From assembly GCA_965287045.1 (NCBI GenBank), contig OZ336886.1, positions 39,680,001-39,744,000 of the forward strand: a stretch of 64,000 nucleotides of DNA. The letters are read 5' to 3'. The first letter of the stretch is position 1. Each line of letters opens with the position of its first letter. This DNA comes from Carcharhinus amblyrhynchos (lineage: Eukaryota). The position numbers and the translations under genes were made by a program. This document shows, piece by piece, positions 13,898 through 27,421 of the stretch. A model generated the notes under the pieces. That model was not told the origin of the DNA. It ran no database searches and was given only the letters and a program-made list of their open reading frames with translations.

Positions 13898-16526
13898 AAA
13901 CGTCCAACCCAACCCAGGAACTGTAATTGCTGTAAGTAACAAATATTTGAAGCACATGAGGCTTAGGTTTATACATTGTGGACTATTTAAGGAAGGAGAG
14001 GGGAAAGAAGAATGATTTAAAAAAAATTAAAATAGATTTGCTCATTTTGATACAATGATTTACAATTTCAACATACATTTTGGAAACAAAGTTTAGTGCT
14101 TCATATTTCATTAAAATATTAAATACAATAGGATCCTTTAAAACTAACTGCTTGGGGCAATTGTTTTGTAGGGATGGGGTAAAGACCCCATTACCCCAGC
14201 TGCCTTTCCAGCCTTTGGGGTGATTTTACATTTTTGGGCAGATTCTCACTGAAGGAATGACCTTCAGAAATAAAAAGGAAATATTTTTGGATTTTTTATT
14301 TGTATTTTCATCAAGGATGACTACTTAGAAAGTCAACTCAGGACTGGGACAAGAGAACAGAGTGGTCTTGTATCTAATGAGAACTCCTTACATCCACTGT
14401 GCCAAGCAGGCAGATTGCGTGAAGCACATTGAAAGATGTATTTCACAGATCTGCATTTAAATGGTAGCATGCCTTCCCATGAGCCACTGGATAAAGAGTT
14501 GCACCAGTTCATGTGGCTAGCTATTTTTAGTCTCAACCATCCCAGTTTCACCTAATGGTTAAGTCAGATGCATGGCCAGGAAATCAATGCCATTACATCT
14601 GTAAATCGGTACACTAATTTTTTTTGGATGTTCTGGGTAAGAGAAATAATTCAACTGTCGAAAACTGAAATGTTTTTGCAAAATTACATTTTAATAAGGA
14701 TGAATGATTGTGATGGATCTTATTTTAACTAGAATTATTACACCTTTTGTGAAAATAGACAAAATATGTCTCCTGATTCCTTGGTAGTTTGATCTGGTCC
14801 TCCAGTTCTGTGATCATTATCCAAAAATAAATTTGCTTTGAACTTCCTATTAACTGCATTCGTACTCAGACCACTATTTGAAAATGCCAGTGTTTTATAC
14901 ATTCAATATTTAATTCTTTCAGACTGTATTTTACTTTCATATTAAAATAATGCTCAAAAGGTGAAGGATATCAAAAGCGGGAGTAGACATTTTAATTTTT
15001 ATATGGCATGTCAGCATCAAGTACTCCTAGATCAGGAAGTTAATGGGTCAGATACAGGGGGTCTATCTTTTCCAACGTGCTTTAATCAACATTTTGGAAG
15101 AACAGCTGTAATTGCACCAGTGTGACTATTTCCTTGGTATGCAGCCAGGTGAATGCAATTGATTAAGAGTCTATATTCACTTGAGAAAGAAAACTTTTGC
15201 ATTAGTTCTAATACATTCCAAAAGTATTGTGGCAAGAGTTTGATCATGAGTCAACTTATAAGAAAAAGTTACATAGGACACCAATTATATTTTTACTGAA
15301 CAATCACTATTAGCTTAACTTTTCCACACAAACAAAATAGTTAATTAAAATATCAATGCAAAAATAAAGCAGATTTTTACCTTGAATAAGAGTGTGCCAT
15401 ATTCAGCTGGAGGCATGCCTTTAATTAAGTGTAGCAGTACCCTAAACAGATTATCCTCTTCAAAAAAAGAATGATATTCCTCTAACCAAATCTACTTGCA
15501 TCTTTAAGTACCAGCTACCGTAACCTACAGACTCCTGTAAAACTGCTGCATTTTGATAGACATGTAGTCAGATAGCTATTTTTAATCAGCTGTTATCACT
15601 AACTCTGGTCACTAAACACATTGAACTAGTGGCAGAAAAACTGCAAAGATCACTAAATGCCTCCTAATGAAACCAAGAACGAAGTGACGTTATTACCTAG
15701 GTTGGTTTATGTGTCATCACTACGTCTCCTCCTCTAAAGACACTCCTTAAAACCTCTCTTTCAACATGTGTTCAGTCAACTGCCCAATATCTGTGTTTGA
15801 ACTGGTATCAAACCTCATTTTGCTCCTGTGAGGGACCATAGGATGTCTCATTATGTTCAAGGCAGCATACAAGTTCAAGCTGCTGTAGTCAATGCTCTCT
15901 AGACACTTTTTAAAAAAAAATTAGTTCAAGGAGCTACTCCAGCAACAGAACTTTGATAATTTTTGTAGGCTAGTCTCCAAAGACTTGACTTGTATAGTGA
16001 CAGCACTACAAGGTGAAGACCACGGACTGTGTTTTTCCAACCTCCTTCAATTTAGACATACTTCCAACTGGAGCTGGGAGGGAAATTAAGACCTTTACTC
16101 ACCAGGAGGTGCCCCAGACCACAGCCAACTTTCCAGTCCTTATGTCTTTATTGTACTGGCAACATGAACTCAAGCATTCATCAGCGGTCCCACTAAAATA
16201 GGATTTCAGGCCTCCAAAGCCTGTGCAAGACAATGGTGCTCAATCCCATGCACAGTCCCTGACAAGGATTACTTGGCCCCGAGGCTGGAGATGGTTATGT
16301 AGAGGGGAGAATTTGAACACAGGAATGAGAATTTTAAATTTGAGGCCCAAGGGTGATAGATAAATGGGACTTGCTGAAAGTTAGGACATGAGCAGCAAAG
16401 TCCTGGACGAGCTGAGATTCACAGGATGTGGAAGGCAGAAGATTAGCCAAGAAAGCACTGGAATAATTGAGCCTAAAGGTCGCATGAGCATGGATGAGAG
16501 TTTCAGCAGCCAATGTGGGGAGGGGG

Positions 16527-16575
16527 AGAAGAAGACGAAGACGAAGACGAAGAAGACGACGAAGACGAAAACGAA
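16527..16575. repeat. (GAAGAC)n microsatellite
   Basis: gaagaagacgaagacgaagacgaagaagacgacgaagacgaa. Confidence 0.85.
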
Positions 16576-18887
16576 TGCAGTCGTGGAGCCAGGCAATATT
16601 ATGCAGCTGGAAATAAGTAACCTCAGTGATGACGAGAACACAGACTTGGAAGTTTCATTCAGGGTCAAACAGGACATTGAAGAATTGGAATAGTCTGAAG
16701 CCAGCATCAGAAAGTTGTCAGCTTGGGGGCTGGAGTTGGTGGCTGTGGAATAGAGTTTGTGCCGGGGATAGAAGACAAAGACTTTAATAGGCGCAAAGTT
16801 TTGCTCATCCAATGTTGGATATCAGGCAAGTGATGAATCAAAAGGCAGTGGATGGGTCGAGAGAGGAGATGTTGGGGAACATGTGGATATCATCGGTGAA
16901 AATGTGGAATCTGCTAGTAATCATGTATAACAAATGGAAAGTAGTGTATGTGGTCAGGGCTAGCAAATTCACGCCATGTTACTTATGAAATTTATGCATG
17001 AGCAGCATTCAAATAATTTGAAGCCATCAAGTATATTTAAGAAAATGTAATTATGAACATTAATTGCAAATCACTCTAATGTCATAAAATTGCATTTAAA
17101 GATACAGAAAATATTTTGTACATCTGTAACCATAAATAGAAGCAGAAAGATGACCATAAACACCAGAGATACAACTTTAGGTGCAGTGGGCAATTACATT
17201 AATGAGCAGAAATTTTGTGGAACTGACATACAAGATCAAGGAAATTCAGGTGCAATATAACAATGTACCCAAGTCACTTTCACATTTTTTTATTGCTAAA
17301 AATTGACAGTAGGCCATACATACAGTATTGATTTCATGAACATTTTCAAGAACTTCAGGACCAGTATTTCTGGTGTTGCCAGCTACCATATTTTCTGATT
17401 GTAGGCAGGCAGTGTTTCATCTATGTGCACAGAACCAATAATGTTTGTTTCTATTGCTGCCCAGGGGGCTGGGGGGGGGGGGGGGGGGGTGCTACTTTAT
17501 CCATAGAGTAAGGTCCAGTAGGTATTCAAACAACCTTCAAACTACACATAAAAAAGATTTGAACACAACTGTTTATTATAGCTGGAGCTGGGTTATTCAC
17601 AACATGATGCAAGATTAAAGGATTCCATAGCGTGAATTGAAAAGGTTCATTACCCCCTCTACTCTACAGTAGTTCAATATTAGAAATAAAACACAAATTA
17701 GGTGGCAAGTGTAAGTTTCTAAAGTGAATGTATGTTTTTATTGCTACACATGGGTCTAGTTCAACCCTTAATAGACAAAATATAGCTCCTTAGAATAATA
17801 CTACATCTATAAATGGCTTGCCTATAAAATACTAGATCCAGAAATGTCACATGGTACATCTTACATCATATGGAGTTTAGAAAATATACAATGAAGTTGG
17901 AATTTATTCTTTTAGATAAACCATAATGGAATTTATTGTACATGCGTACAAAAATCAGAAAAGTGACAGACTCCTTCAGGTAGTTTTAAAAATGCAACTG
18001 TTTAACATCTAGATTTAGCAGCCACTTATCACCTCTCCCACCTGAAAAATCATTATCTGAAACTGATTCAGGCGTAGAATCACCATAAACTTTCAAAACA
18101 GTCAAAATATTTTACCGTTCTCATCTAGCTGACTCTGCAGGAAACAGGTTACTCGCACCTGCACAGCTGAAGTAAATTAGTGTGAAATGATGATATTTCC
18201 AACTCTGAAATGTTTTACTGCCAAATGTGAGACTGTATTTGGTTATAGATTCAATTTCAATAATCAGATTTTGCAGATGGCTTTTTTTTTAAAAAAGAGC
18301 TAGGATAACAAATACACACATTGCACTTGTTACAATAAAAAAACCCCCAATGAATTAGTAAAATAAATTCCAAATCAAAAATCTGGGACTTGATTTTTAG
18401 GCCCCACTGGGCCATTTTGTGTAATCAGGATGGGGATTCAATAGGACCACATGCAATGGATAGTTAATCCAGGTAATTAATAGGCACTTAATACAAATGA
18501 AATGGGCGACTAGAAAACCTCAGATGTCCACAGAGAGTGGGGGCAATTTAACTATCTGGAGGCGACCACTGGGTGGCAGACTGGTGTGGGTCAGTACTCC
18601 TAAAGACCCTCCTGTCTTACCAGGCACTGCAGTGATCTTAGGCATCCTTCCTCCCTCAACACAGAAGTGTCCTAGCTGCAAATCTCTTTCTTGGTTTAGA
18701 TTTTTAAAAATTGCAGAGGGGAACCTCCAATTTTTGAAGCACCTTTGATTTGCTTCTGCCAAAGCAGGCTGCTGCCTTTTGAAGCTGGAAGGCCTTCGGA
18801 TGGCCTCCTTATGAGAGCCCATCTGCCATCCTTAACTGGATAGTGAGCCCACTCCAGGCCCTTTAATTGGCTGCCTGTGGTGGGTGG

Positions 18888-18937
18888 CGGGGGCGGGGGG
18901 GGGGGGGGGGAGGGAAGGAGGAGAGAGAGAGAGAGAG
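18888..18937. repeat. Poly-G and (GA)n tract
   Basis: Seen directly; another poly-G lies at 17472-17489. Confidence 0.85.
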
Positions 18938-21809
18938 AAAAACCACAAGTGACTGTTTTCCCACACAGTGCAGGCTTCTAACCCACATTTCAGCCTGATG
19001 GCAGATTCATAAGACACCTGAGAAATCTTATCCTTGGATTTCTAACAATAATTAGACTTATTGATTAATGTGGAAGAAATCTTTTCCTCAAAATTTGTCT
19101 GAATACATTTTGCAAGCAAGAACACTTATATGATTAAACATGTCAAAGCTTCACAGGCTGGTATCCAAAACAGTTTGAGGAGTCACATAAAATGGAAGAT
19201 CTGGCAAGCTATGATCCTCTCAATGTTGTTATAATGAGGAACTTGGCTCTGGGAATATCAATACAGTTACTTTCACATTTACTGTTCTACTCTCCCCATT
19301 TACTTTTCAGTGCTTAATTAGGTGTTAAGGAGTTCACACTGCCTTCTAAACTGGCTATCACTCCTGTTTAAACACTTTGATTTGGAGACAGGTACTGGCA
19401 CTAGAACTGAAATGGTGGCAAATCTAATTATTATGCACATATCCACATAAAGCCTCTTCAGTATCCAATGATGGAGAACTGAAGACAAATTATCCTGAAA
19501 CTCTTGTATGGAAACCACATAAATTATGCACCAATTGAAACCAATGTAGATTCTTAATGAAAGAGCAAATGGTGTGATGCCAACTTGGCATTCTTCTATG
19601 TTCAGCCTTCCAGTATCCCCTTGCCTCCAAATATATTCATAAAAAATGAATATCAAAAGACACTACATTTAAACATCCTTAACCAGAGAAACCTTTTACA
19701 ATTAATAATTAAAATTAAGAATTTGAAAAGTAATTTGTACACTTTCGGCCATCAATTAATCTGAAATATGGCACAGTAAATCTGCAAGACAGTATTCAGA
19801 ATTTTACAGTAATTATCTATGCAAAAATTGTATTCACTGGATAGCACAACATAACTTAATTAGTAATTAGATAATATCTACCTATTTGGTGGAAAGCCAT
19901 TTGAAATCCTGAAAATATATGGGAGATTATCAGGCTGGCGTATCATTTGCTAACCAACAGTTCATTTTAAAAAAAACTATTTAGAAAAGCAGTATTTTAA
20001 AAATTTTGAATAGACTCCCTCTTTCCATCTGTCCCCTATGCTATCAAGATACTTCCATTTTTAAAAACTTCTTTAACACCTATGTCCATTTTTATTAAGG
20101 TTTTGAAACCTCTCATTGTTTTGCAATGGTTTCCCCTGGATCCTATGAAAATGCATGTGAAAATAAATCACTATAGAATGCTCCTAAGAACACCATCTAT
20201 TAATTATTTATCTACCACTTGACTAAAATCATGGCACAAAATAAGACAATACAAATAAGTTTTCATTGCAGTGGTACAATATATGATAGTACACATTTGG
20301 ACTTGGATCCATAGACTACAGCAGTGTGAATGGCAAAAAACTCAACAATACAACATTTCCACTAAACAAAAATAATCCTCTATACAAATTACCAAATATC
20401 ATTCTTCTGGTTACTAAATATACATAGGAGGAAAAAAAGTCAACAAAGTCTCAATACACCTACTGATATCAAAGTAGTTTTACCAAACAGACTATAAAAT
20501 TAAGATATCATTTTGTTGACACTTTGATAGTCAATCAGGAAACTTGCCTAAATGAATGCCGTCTGTGGAGAAAATGCACCGACTGATGTGTCAACATGTT
20601 ACTTTGATAGAAACTCTAGTTTTATGGAATTCTGATTAAAGTTTAACTAGACTGCCAAGAAATGTTATGCTTGGACCAAGACTTCCATAAAAACGGCAGC
20701 AAGTGGGAATGGTACATTGGAATTCCACGTCTGGTTACAAATTTCACTTTGATCAGCAATGGATTAATCCAGGCCATGTTATAAGATTTCAAAAAAAAAC
20801 TGAACACACTAAAGCCCTTCATGTTTGGCAGGAATTTGCAAACTTCAAGTACATGTTAATTTCCCAAACATCATGGATCAAAACAAAACTGTGACCGTAT
20901 ACCAACTCTACATGGGTTATAAAAATTTTGATTATTCATAAATGAAATACGTAAGCACAAAAAAATCCATTCAATGGTCCCGTATGTGAAATTTATCTGA
21001 AAGCTAATCCTTGACTCACTGTCTGATGATGCTTCATTCGGAGCTAATTTCTTGGTAGTTCTCGTCAGTGGTGGTTTGATATTGCCTTCTACTCTCAGGG
21101 GCAAGACAAAGAGGCAGGTTGCAACTCTATCTCAGCTGGAAAGGGAATCAAACCTGTGCTGTTGGCATCTTTCTGGCCCACACAAGCCATTTGAGTTAAC
21201 CAGCCTCCTATCCACACAATATTTACTATTTTATGATATTGGATCTGTGCACTCTACACTAGTCCTCATCGCACAAACAAATAGAAATTTTAACATTTGT
21301 TAAACTAAAACCTGAAGACAAATATCTTAATAGTACTTACTATTTATGCAAGTTTGGAATATGGAGATTTACTCACCTCTCTTCATCCCATCATTGGTGC
21401 AGAAGTTTTACCCGATTCAGCCTTATTTCTCTCAATCTCACTAATTAAACTGCTGCATTGCTCGAACTCCGAAACAGCTATCTTTGATGGTGTTTTGGTC
21501 ACCTGTCTAAACGTCATCGGTGAGCATTGATTCCTTTACCTTTTTTCTATTGTGAAATATCTTAAACCATATTTTGTAATAAGGTGTTATGTAAATTCGC
21601 ATTGCTGACAATGATTTATTGCTTAACAAAATGTTATTTTAGGATTTGTTTTGCTATTCGATCGCCACCACATTATTGCATCTCTTAGCTTGTCGTGTTA
21701 CTTCTTCTTCATCCGGTACGGTGTGTTTGGTCCATGTTTTATTCCCAAACGAACTTTCAAATGCTCTATACAAGTGTAAAAAAATCCTGAGGTGCTTTGT
21801 AGAAGTGGA

Positions 21810-22370
21810 GCAAAAGATGATGTTGCAGAGACAATGAAAAACTTGGTCAAACAAATAGATTTTAAGGAGGGCTTCAAGGAGGAGGGCAGAGGAGGTTAGG
21901 AAGGGAATTCCAAATTCTGGAGTCTACATGACAAAAAGCATGGCCACCAATGGTAGCGTGAGGCAGAGCAGGAAGCACAAAGATCAAGAGTTAGACAAAT
22001 CAGAGAGTTCTGCGAGGGAGTGGCTGTAGGTTACAAAAAGGTTTGAAGGGGCAAGGCCATATGTGAGTTTAAGCACATGGATGAGAATTTCAAACTGGTG
22101 TGCAGGGACCAAAAATCAACTTAAGTCAGCAAAGGTAAGGGAACAGAGTTTTGGATAACGTAATAGAGGCTGAAGGGTGGGATAGCAGCCAGGAGAGCAC
22201 TTGGAAAGTTGAATATGAAGATGACAAGGCATTTTGTGGCTTTCAGTGACAAATGGAATGAGACAGGGCTAAATTATGGCCTCAGACATCCAAAAATTTT
22301 AATTCAAATACATTTGTGGCTAATTCAAAACTTGTCATTGGATAAGCCGTCAACTATAGCTTGCTAGGTG
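21810..22370 (-). mobile_element. Decayed L2 fragment (similar relics near 16260-16920 and 60280-60560)
   Basis: ttttaaggagggcttcaaggaggag...gggaattcca...ggggcaaggccat...atgagaattt, typical reverse L2 3' region. Confidence 0.55.
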
Positions 22371-23311
22371 AGGACAAAGTAGACAGAATCTACCTAGATT
22401 TGGTATGTTTTTTTACTGCATGTTTATTGTAAATTTAAATCAGAATTAGTAATGCATTCTGGGCTGCTTAAACAAAAGTCATCAAGATTACTTAAACCTA
22501 GTAAGTTTTATTGGCCAAAACTAGCAAGAAAAACAAGCAGCATTTCTTAAAAAATCCATTTTTAAAATTCCATTTTCATCCCGAAATTCAACTCCTCTAA
22601 CATGCCTTAATTTTGATGGCAGGGGAGAGATGCCTTTGGGTTTCATGGTCACTTAACAACAGATACTTATTATGATGAGGCAAACCTTTTATCCTTTTGC
22701 TCTCTTGAAAGAATGCTCCACTCTACTAGACACACCAACTCTCAGCCAGCTGAGAAAGTTTGAAAGAACTCATTCTCGCTGCAGCTGCTGAGTTCAATGA
22801 CAGGCTACACTAGCACTCAAACATTTCACTACTTTATTGGGATGACACAAACAAAAGCCTGCTGAAGTATAACCTGCATGTTTTTCAAAAGTAGAGAAAC
22901 TGAGTGAATGACCAACACCAGTAATAAAAGCAGATATAAAAAAAAGAGTTGGAAAAAAGAGACACGGTAAATCAAAAAGTAGTGGGTTGAACATACCAAA
23001 TCCATAAATTGCAAAATGAATCACTTTTCAGAATCTTAGTAAAAACAGGATCATTATTAAATAGTTATTTGAATTTAATTCAAAAATCATCATAATTTTT
23101 TTGTAGAGAAAAATTTCAAGTCTTATCAAAGTAGCATAGAAGCCAGGGTATCATGGAGGAGTAGTCATGAGTACAGCTTAAATGAATACTAAAGTGAGTC
23201 AAAAAGTGAAAGCTTCACCTCAAAACAGAAACTACTTCCCAAGATTATGGCATTTGCTGTGTGTTTTGGATTGCTTTACTCATACATCAAAACATATTTC
23301 CTTACACTTAC

Positions 23312-23444
23312 TCTGGCTTTGTCTTCATAGTATTCAAAGTGGTGTTGCTTGAATGTGTTATTTGAATGTTGATCATTCTCCAGATATTTATGTCTGTCGG
23401 TGGCTACTGTCACTCTATCTTCAGAATTTATGGGCTTCGCTGAA
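23312..23444 (-). CDS. RAB11FIP2: Probable RAB11FIP2 coding exon 4 (linker)
   Basis: Strong pyrimidine-rich acceptor (tttttctttttcttattccag|) and donor AGA|gtaagt. 133 nt, stop-free (SAKPINSEDRVTVATDRHKYLENDQHSNNTFKQHHFEYYEDKAR). Phase 2 in and phase 0 out, exactly bridging exon 3 and the terminal exon. Confidence 0.75.
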
Positions 23445-26363
23445 CTGGAATAAGAAAAAGAAAAACTTTAGCTTAAATTCAGGAGCGAGTATAATATTGT
23501 TGATTTAAATGAAATTTGTTGACATCTGGAGCAGTTCAATATGCTCTTTGTATCAGAATTTTGCTACAAGAATTACACTGATGTCATGTTTGAAACTTCA
23601 ATGCACAGCCCTATTTCTCTTTTCTTTTGAAGATGTCCATTCTCATGAAGCTGCTTAATTGGTGCAAGGCCAACCCAAGTAAGGCTGCAGTGACCAAGTT
23701 AGTGGAAACAGACTAGCCTCCCCCATTTGCTGCACAATGCTGGATTTGCTTACCAAAAATATAGGCAGTCTACCTGCCGCTAGATCAAAGCATTTTTTAA
23801 TGCGACTCTATGAAGATACAAAAGAACAGTCATGCATGATTCACTTTTCCACTACTCCCTTTCCTTGCGTATCACTCAAATGGGGAAGTGGCAAATTCAT
23901 CTTATTATTCATCTACTCGAATAAGCCAAAATTTGAAAAAAAAACCATGACAAATTCTATTCTATATCTATACGAGAAGTTTATATTTCCAGGACAAACC
24001 AATCACATCTCCCTTTCAATATTTGCCACACATATTCTCTGTGATGAGATTTACTACAATGCCATTATATACACTTCGAAAATTCTCATTACTTCACAAC
24101 ATCATGCAAGAGGCCAGACTGTCACTTCATTGTGAAATTTCTAGTTTAATTTTTGTCTAAATAAGTTTTGATTGTTACCCATTTCAATTATTGCAAGATT
24201 AACAGGCATACGTGACTTAGATACGACTAAGAAAATGGTTTGTATTATCTATATTTAAAAAGATTCTGGTCCAAATTAAGTTGTGTTATTTTGTATAAAT
24301 ACTAAAAAATGAAAAAATGTAATACTTTATTCTGGAAAGCAGGGCTTCATCTCAGCAAGACGTGTCAAATATTATTTGATGTTTATTTTCTTTCTGCTAG
24401 TGCAGTTTAGAAAGCTACAAACAGGTGCTTCGGCTATAATCAGAATACTTCACCTGACTGAAATTAAACCCAGTCAGAACCTAAAATAGCCTTTAGCCCC
24501 AGTGGAGATTTGGGTCAGGGAGATAAAAAAAAGGTCACATTACAACAAAGGTCACAGCGATAAGGAAAAAACTGATTGGTGAATCAAACCTGCTAAATCT
24601 CATTATACTAGTCTGTAATAGTGTTGTCAGGCGTTCTGCCCTACTTGCTATAGGATTGATTTGAATGAGGCACTCTTTTATCAGGTATTGTCTGAACTCT
24701 AAAGACAGGAACCCTCCCTCATGGCCTGCTTTTCATTCTCACACTGATGTGTCAAAGACGTGATGGACTTGTTCATTCATGGCTCCTTTTTTGATCTCAC
24801 TCAGAAAAATGAGTGAAGTGAACTGGATCGAATTAGCTGTGGTGAAAACTAAGAACAGCTCCATTTATAGAAGTGTGGCAGTAATTTGTTGTGCCCTTTC
24901 TTCATCTGATGTCGTTCTCATGTCAGACAAGCTGGAGGATATGGTGGTCAATTGCTCAGATGGGTCTGTGGCTAAAGGTTAAAGAGGCAAACCTTAATTA
25001 CCACACATGACAAACTGATTTGTAAACTATTTACAAACTATTTGTACAAATAATCCATTTAAACACAATGTTACAGAAGTATATACACAAATTTATAAGT
25101 AGAATGTCTGAACCCGAGTAGCAACTTGCAGATAAACTAATTGAAAGATATTTGAGATAGCTCAATGAGAGATAAAATGTAACAATACGTTTTTAAAAAC
25201 TGCTGAGATGTTACAGCATTAAGCTTTTATGCTGTTAATACAATATGTAGTAATACATTTTTAAAACAGAACATTACAGATTCACAGATGTTAATAATTT
25301 TACATTTAATGAAGTAAGATTTAGTCAAGGCCAAAAAAAGGTATTAATCCAGAAGATTGTTTATAATCAAAAGTATGTAAAAACTAACTCATGGCTTTAA
25401 GAGTTCAGCTTATACTTGTAAAGTTGCTCCACTAAGTCATGTTATTAATAGCAAGACTCAAGGACAAGAGTAATGTTAACTCATATTTTCAGCTGCTTTG
25501 TCAATTGAACCTCTTAGCATTATTCTGTGTGCCCACAATCTTTAATTTTTTAATATTAATTTTTTTCAGAATTTGAATATGTCAGGAAGAAATGGAAGGC
25601 AGTATATAATCAATTTCATCTCCGATTTCTGTTCATGCTTAGAAATTACCAGAATCCAAAAAGAAATGGGTGTCCATTGATGTAGAAAAATAGAAAAATT
25701 CATAGTTTCTCACCTCACTGTAAACATTTAGGTGGTGGAGTTACAAACGGAACTGGAGCTTGGATTTTGCGACCACTAAGTGCATTGCAGAAATACCACC
25801 TATGGTTACATTAGTGGCTCTCCTTTAGCTAAAAAAAATTTAACTTTTCTTTGGTTTCAGGAATAACTTGTATTTACACCATCGCATTATGTTGGGGATC
25901 ATGAGTTTATCATGAACACCAGGTCAAATAATGAGTTGAGATCACAAGAGTTTACGCATTTGTTATCTCCAAGAATGTGAAACATACGAACTGCTTTAGA
26001 AATTCGACAGCAGACTGCAGTTGTACCTTTTTGCAGATACAAGAATTTCTACAAAACAATGCAGCTGATACTTTTTTCAATGTTTCCCTTGCCTATTGTA
26101 GACTCAGTAGAACAGAAACGAATGCAAATTGTGGAACTAAATAGGGAAGCTAGATTTAACACTGGTCAAATCAAATAAGCTAAATTAACTTAACTCGGGA
26201 TAAAACAAGAAGGGCAGCCCCCAAAAAGAAGGCAACTGCCCGAAACAAAAAACAAAGCAAAGGAAACTTAAAACGTTAAATCAAAAACATTAAATCAAGA
26301 TGTGATTTAGGGGATTAATAATACTTCCCAGTCCCTGCGGTGCCCAATGGGCATGGAAAGCCT

Positions 26364-26559
26364 AGTAAGAAGTCTCACAACATCAGGTTAGAGTCCAACC
26401 AGTTTATTTCGTCAGGTAGGTTCCACACACCTGATGAAGGGACACCGTTTCCAAAAGCTTGTGGGATTACTATCAAATAAACTGGTTGGACTCTAACCTG
26501 GTGTTGTGAGACTTCTTACTGTGTTTACCCCAGTCCAACGCTGGCATTTCTACATCATG
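26364..26559. mobile_element. Penelope-like inverted-repeat (hairpin) insertion
   Basis: 46-nt inverted arms at 26364-26409 and 26475-26520 (1 mismatch) enclose CTGATGAAGG...CAAAAGC; tail ccagtccaacgctggcat. Confidence 0.65.
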
Positions 26560-27328
26560 GGGAGCTAGACAGTGCCCTCGAACACCACAAGCTCCCTCTC
26601 CAGGGACACCCGGCCACAAACACACAGCTGTGGTAGAGGGTCAGATAGTTGAGCTGAATGACACCCCCCCACCTCAGTTTCCAGCTGCCTGGACCTGTTT
26701 GTAGCTCATTTGGCTAGGCCGAGGAGCAGATTCATGAGGAGATCCTCGAGGGTGCCTGTAAATCAGGAGTGTGAGACTGAAGTGCAAACAGAACATCAAC
26801 AAAAAGATTTTTAGATAACTAAAAAGGGAGTGCAGCCTATAACATGCAACACAGACATAATCCACGGACTCTGAAAAGATGCAAGTTTCTGAGGAGTCCA
26901 TGAACCAGTACAAATTACGGTTGTATGGTACTGCTGTGTGTACTAGCCTCCATCCCAGGTCCCCAGTGTAGTGGGGAGATCCCTCCATACAGGGATGATG
27001 GCAACAAGGCACAGCAAGGAGTGTCTGGGTGATGGGCGAGGATATGGTTGTGGAATGTGTGCAGCAGCAGTCCATCTAAGAAATCCCTCTGTGCACCGGC
27101 AAAGGACATTTCTGTGGGGTGACTCAAGCTGAATATCCAGTTCTGGGAAGGATGGGTCTGGGTTTAGGGCCAGTGTGAAATTCCATCTGAACAGGGGTAC
27201 GCTCAGATTGAATTCTGCCAGTTGCACCTCCGAGCACGACCGTTTTGAGAGCTGAGCCAACTTGTGGGGTGTCATCCAGCCACTCCTCCACCAGTCAGCA
27301 TGTCCCCAACTCTGGTCACCCTAGCACC

Positions 27329-27421
27329 GTAAAAAGTCTGACAACACCAGGTTTTAACCTGGTGTTGTCAGACTTTTTACTGTGTTTACGCCAGTCCAAC
27401 GCCGGCATACCCACATCATGA
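27329..27421. mobile_element. Short palindromic copy of the same Penelope-like family with 12-bp target-site duplication
   Basis: Perfect 25-nt arms at 27329-27353 and 27356-27380, flanked by CACCCTAGCACC at 27317-27328 and 27422-27433. Confidence 0.75.

Noticed and set aside
16381-16812. ORFs on both strands with KTKTK or FVFVF runs
   Set aside because: Produced by a (GAAGAC)n microsatellite inside an L2 relic.
18385-19030. GC-richer block with weak terminal inverted similarity (possible MITE; similar block at about 46615-47010)
   Set aside because: Terminal repeats are too degenerate to define boundaries by eye.
24865-24971. Good acceptor (cctctttaacctttag) followed by open frame TDPSEQLTTISSSLSDMRTTSDEERAQQITATLL* as a possible alternative last exon
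   Set aside because: The long frame needs phase 1, but exon 3 ends in phase 2 (giving SHRPI*); no homology recognised.
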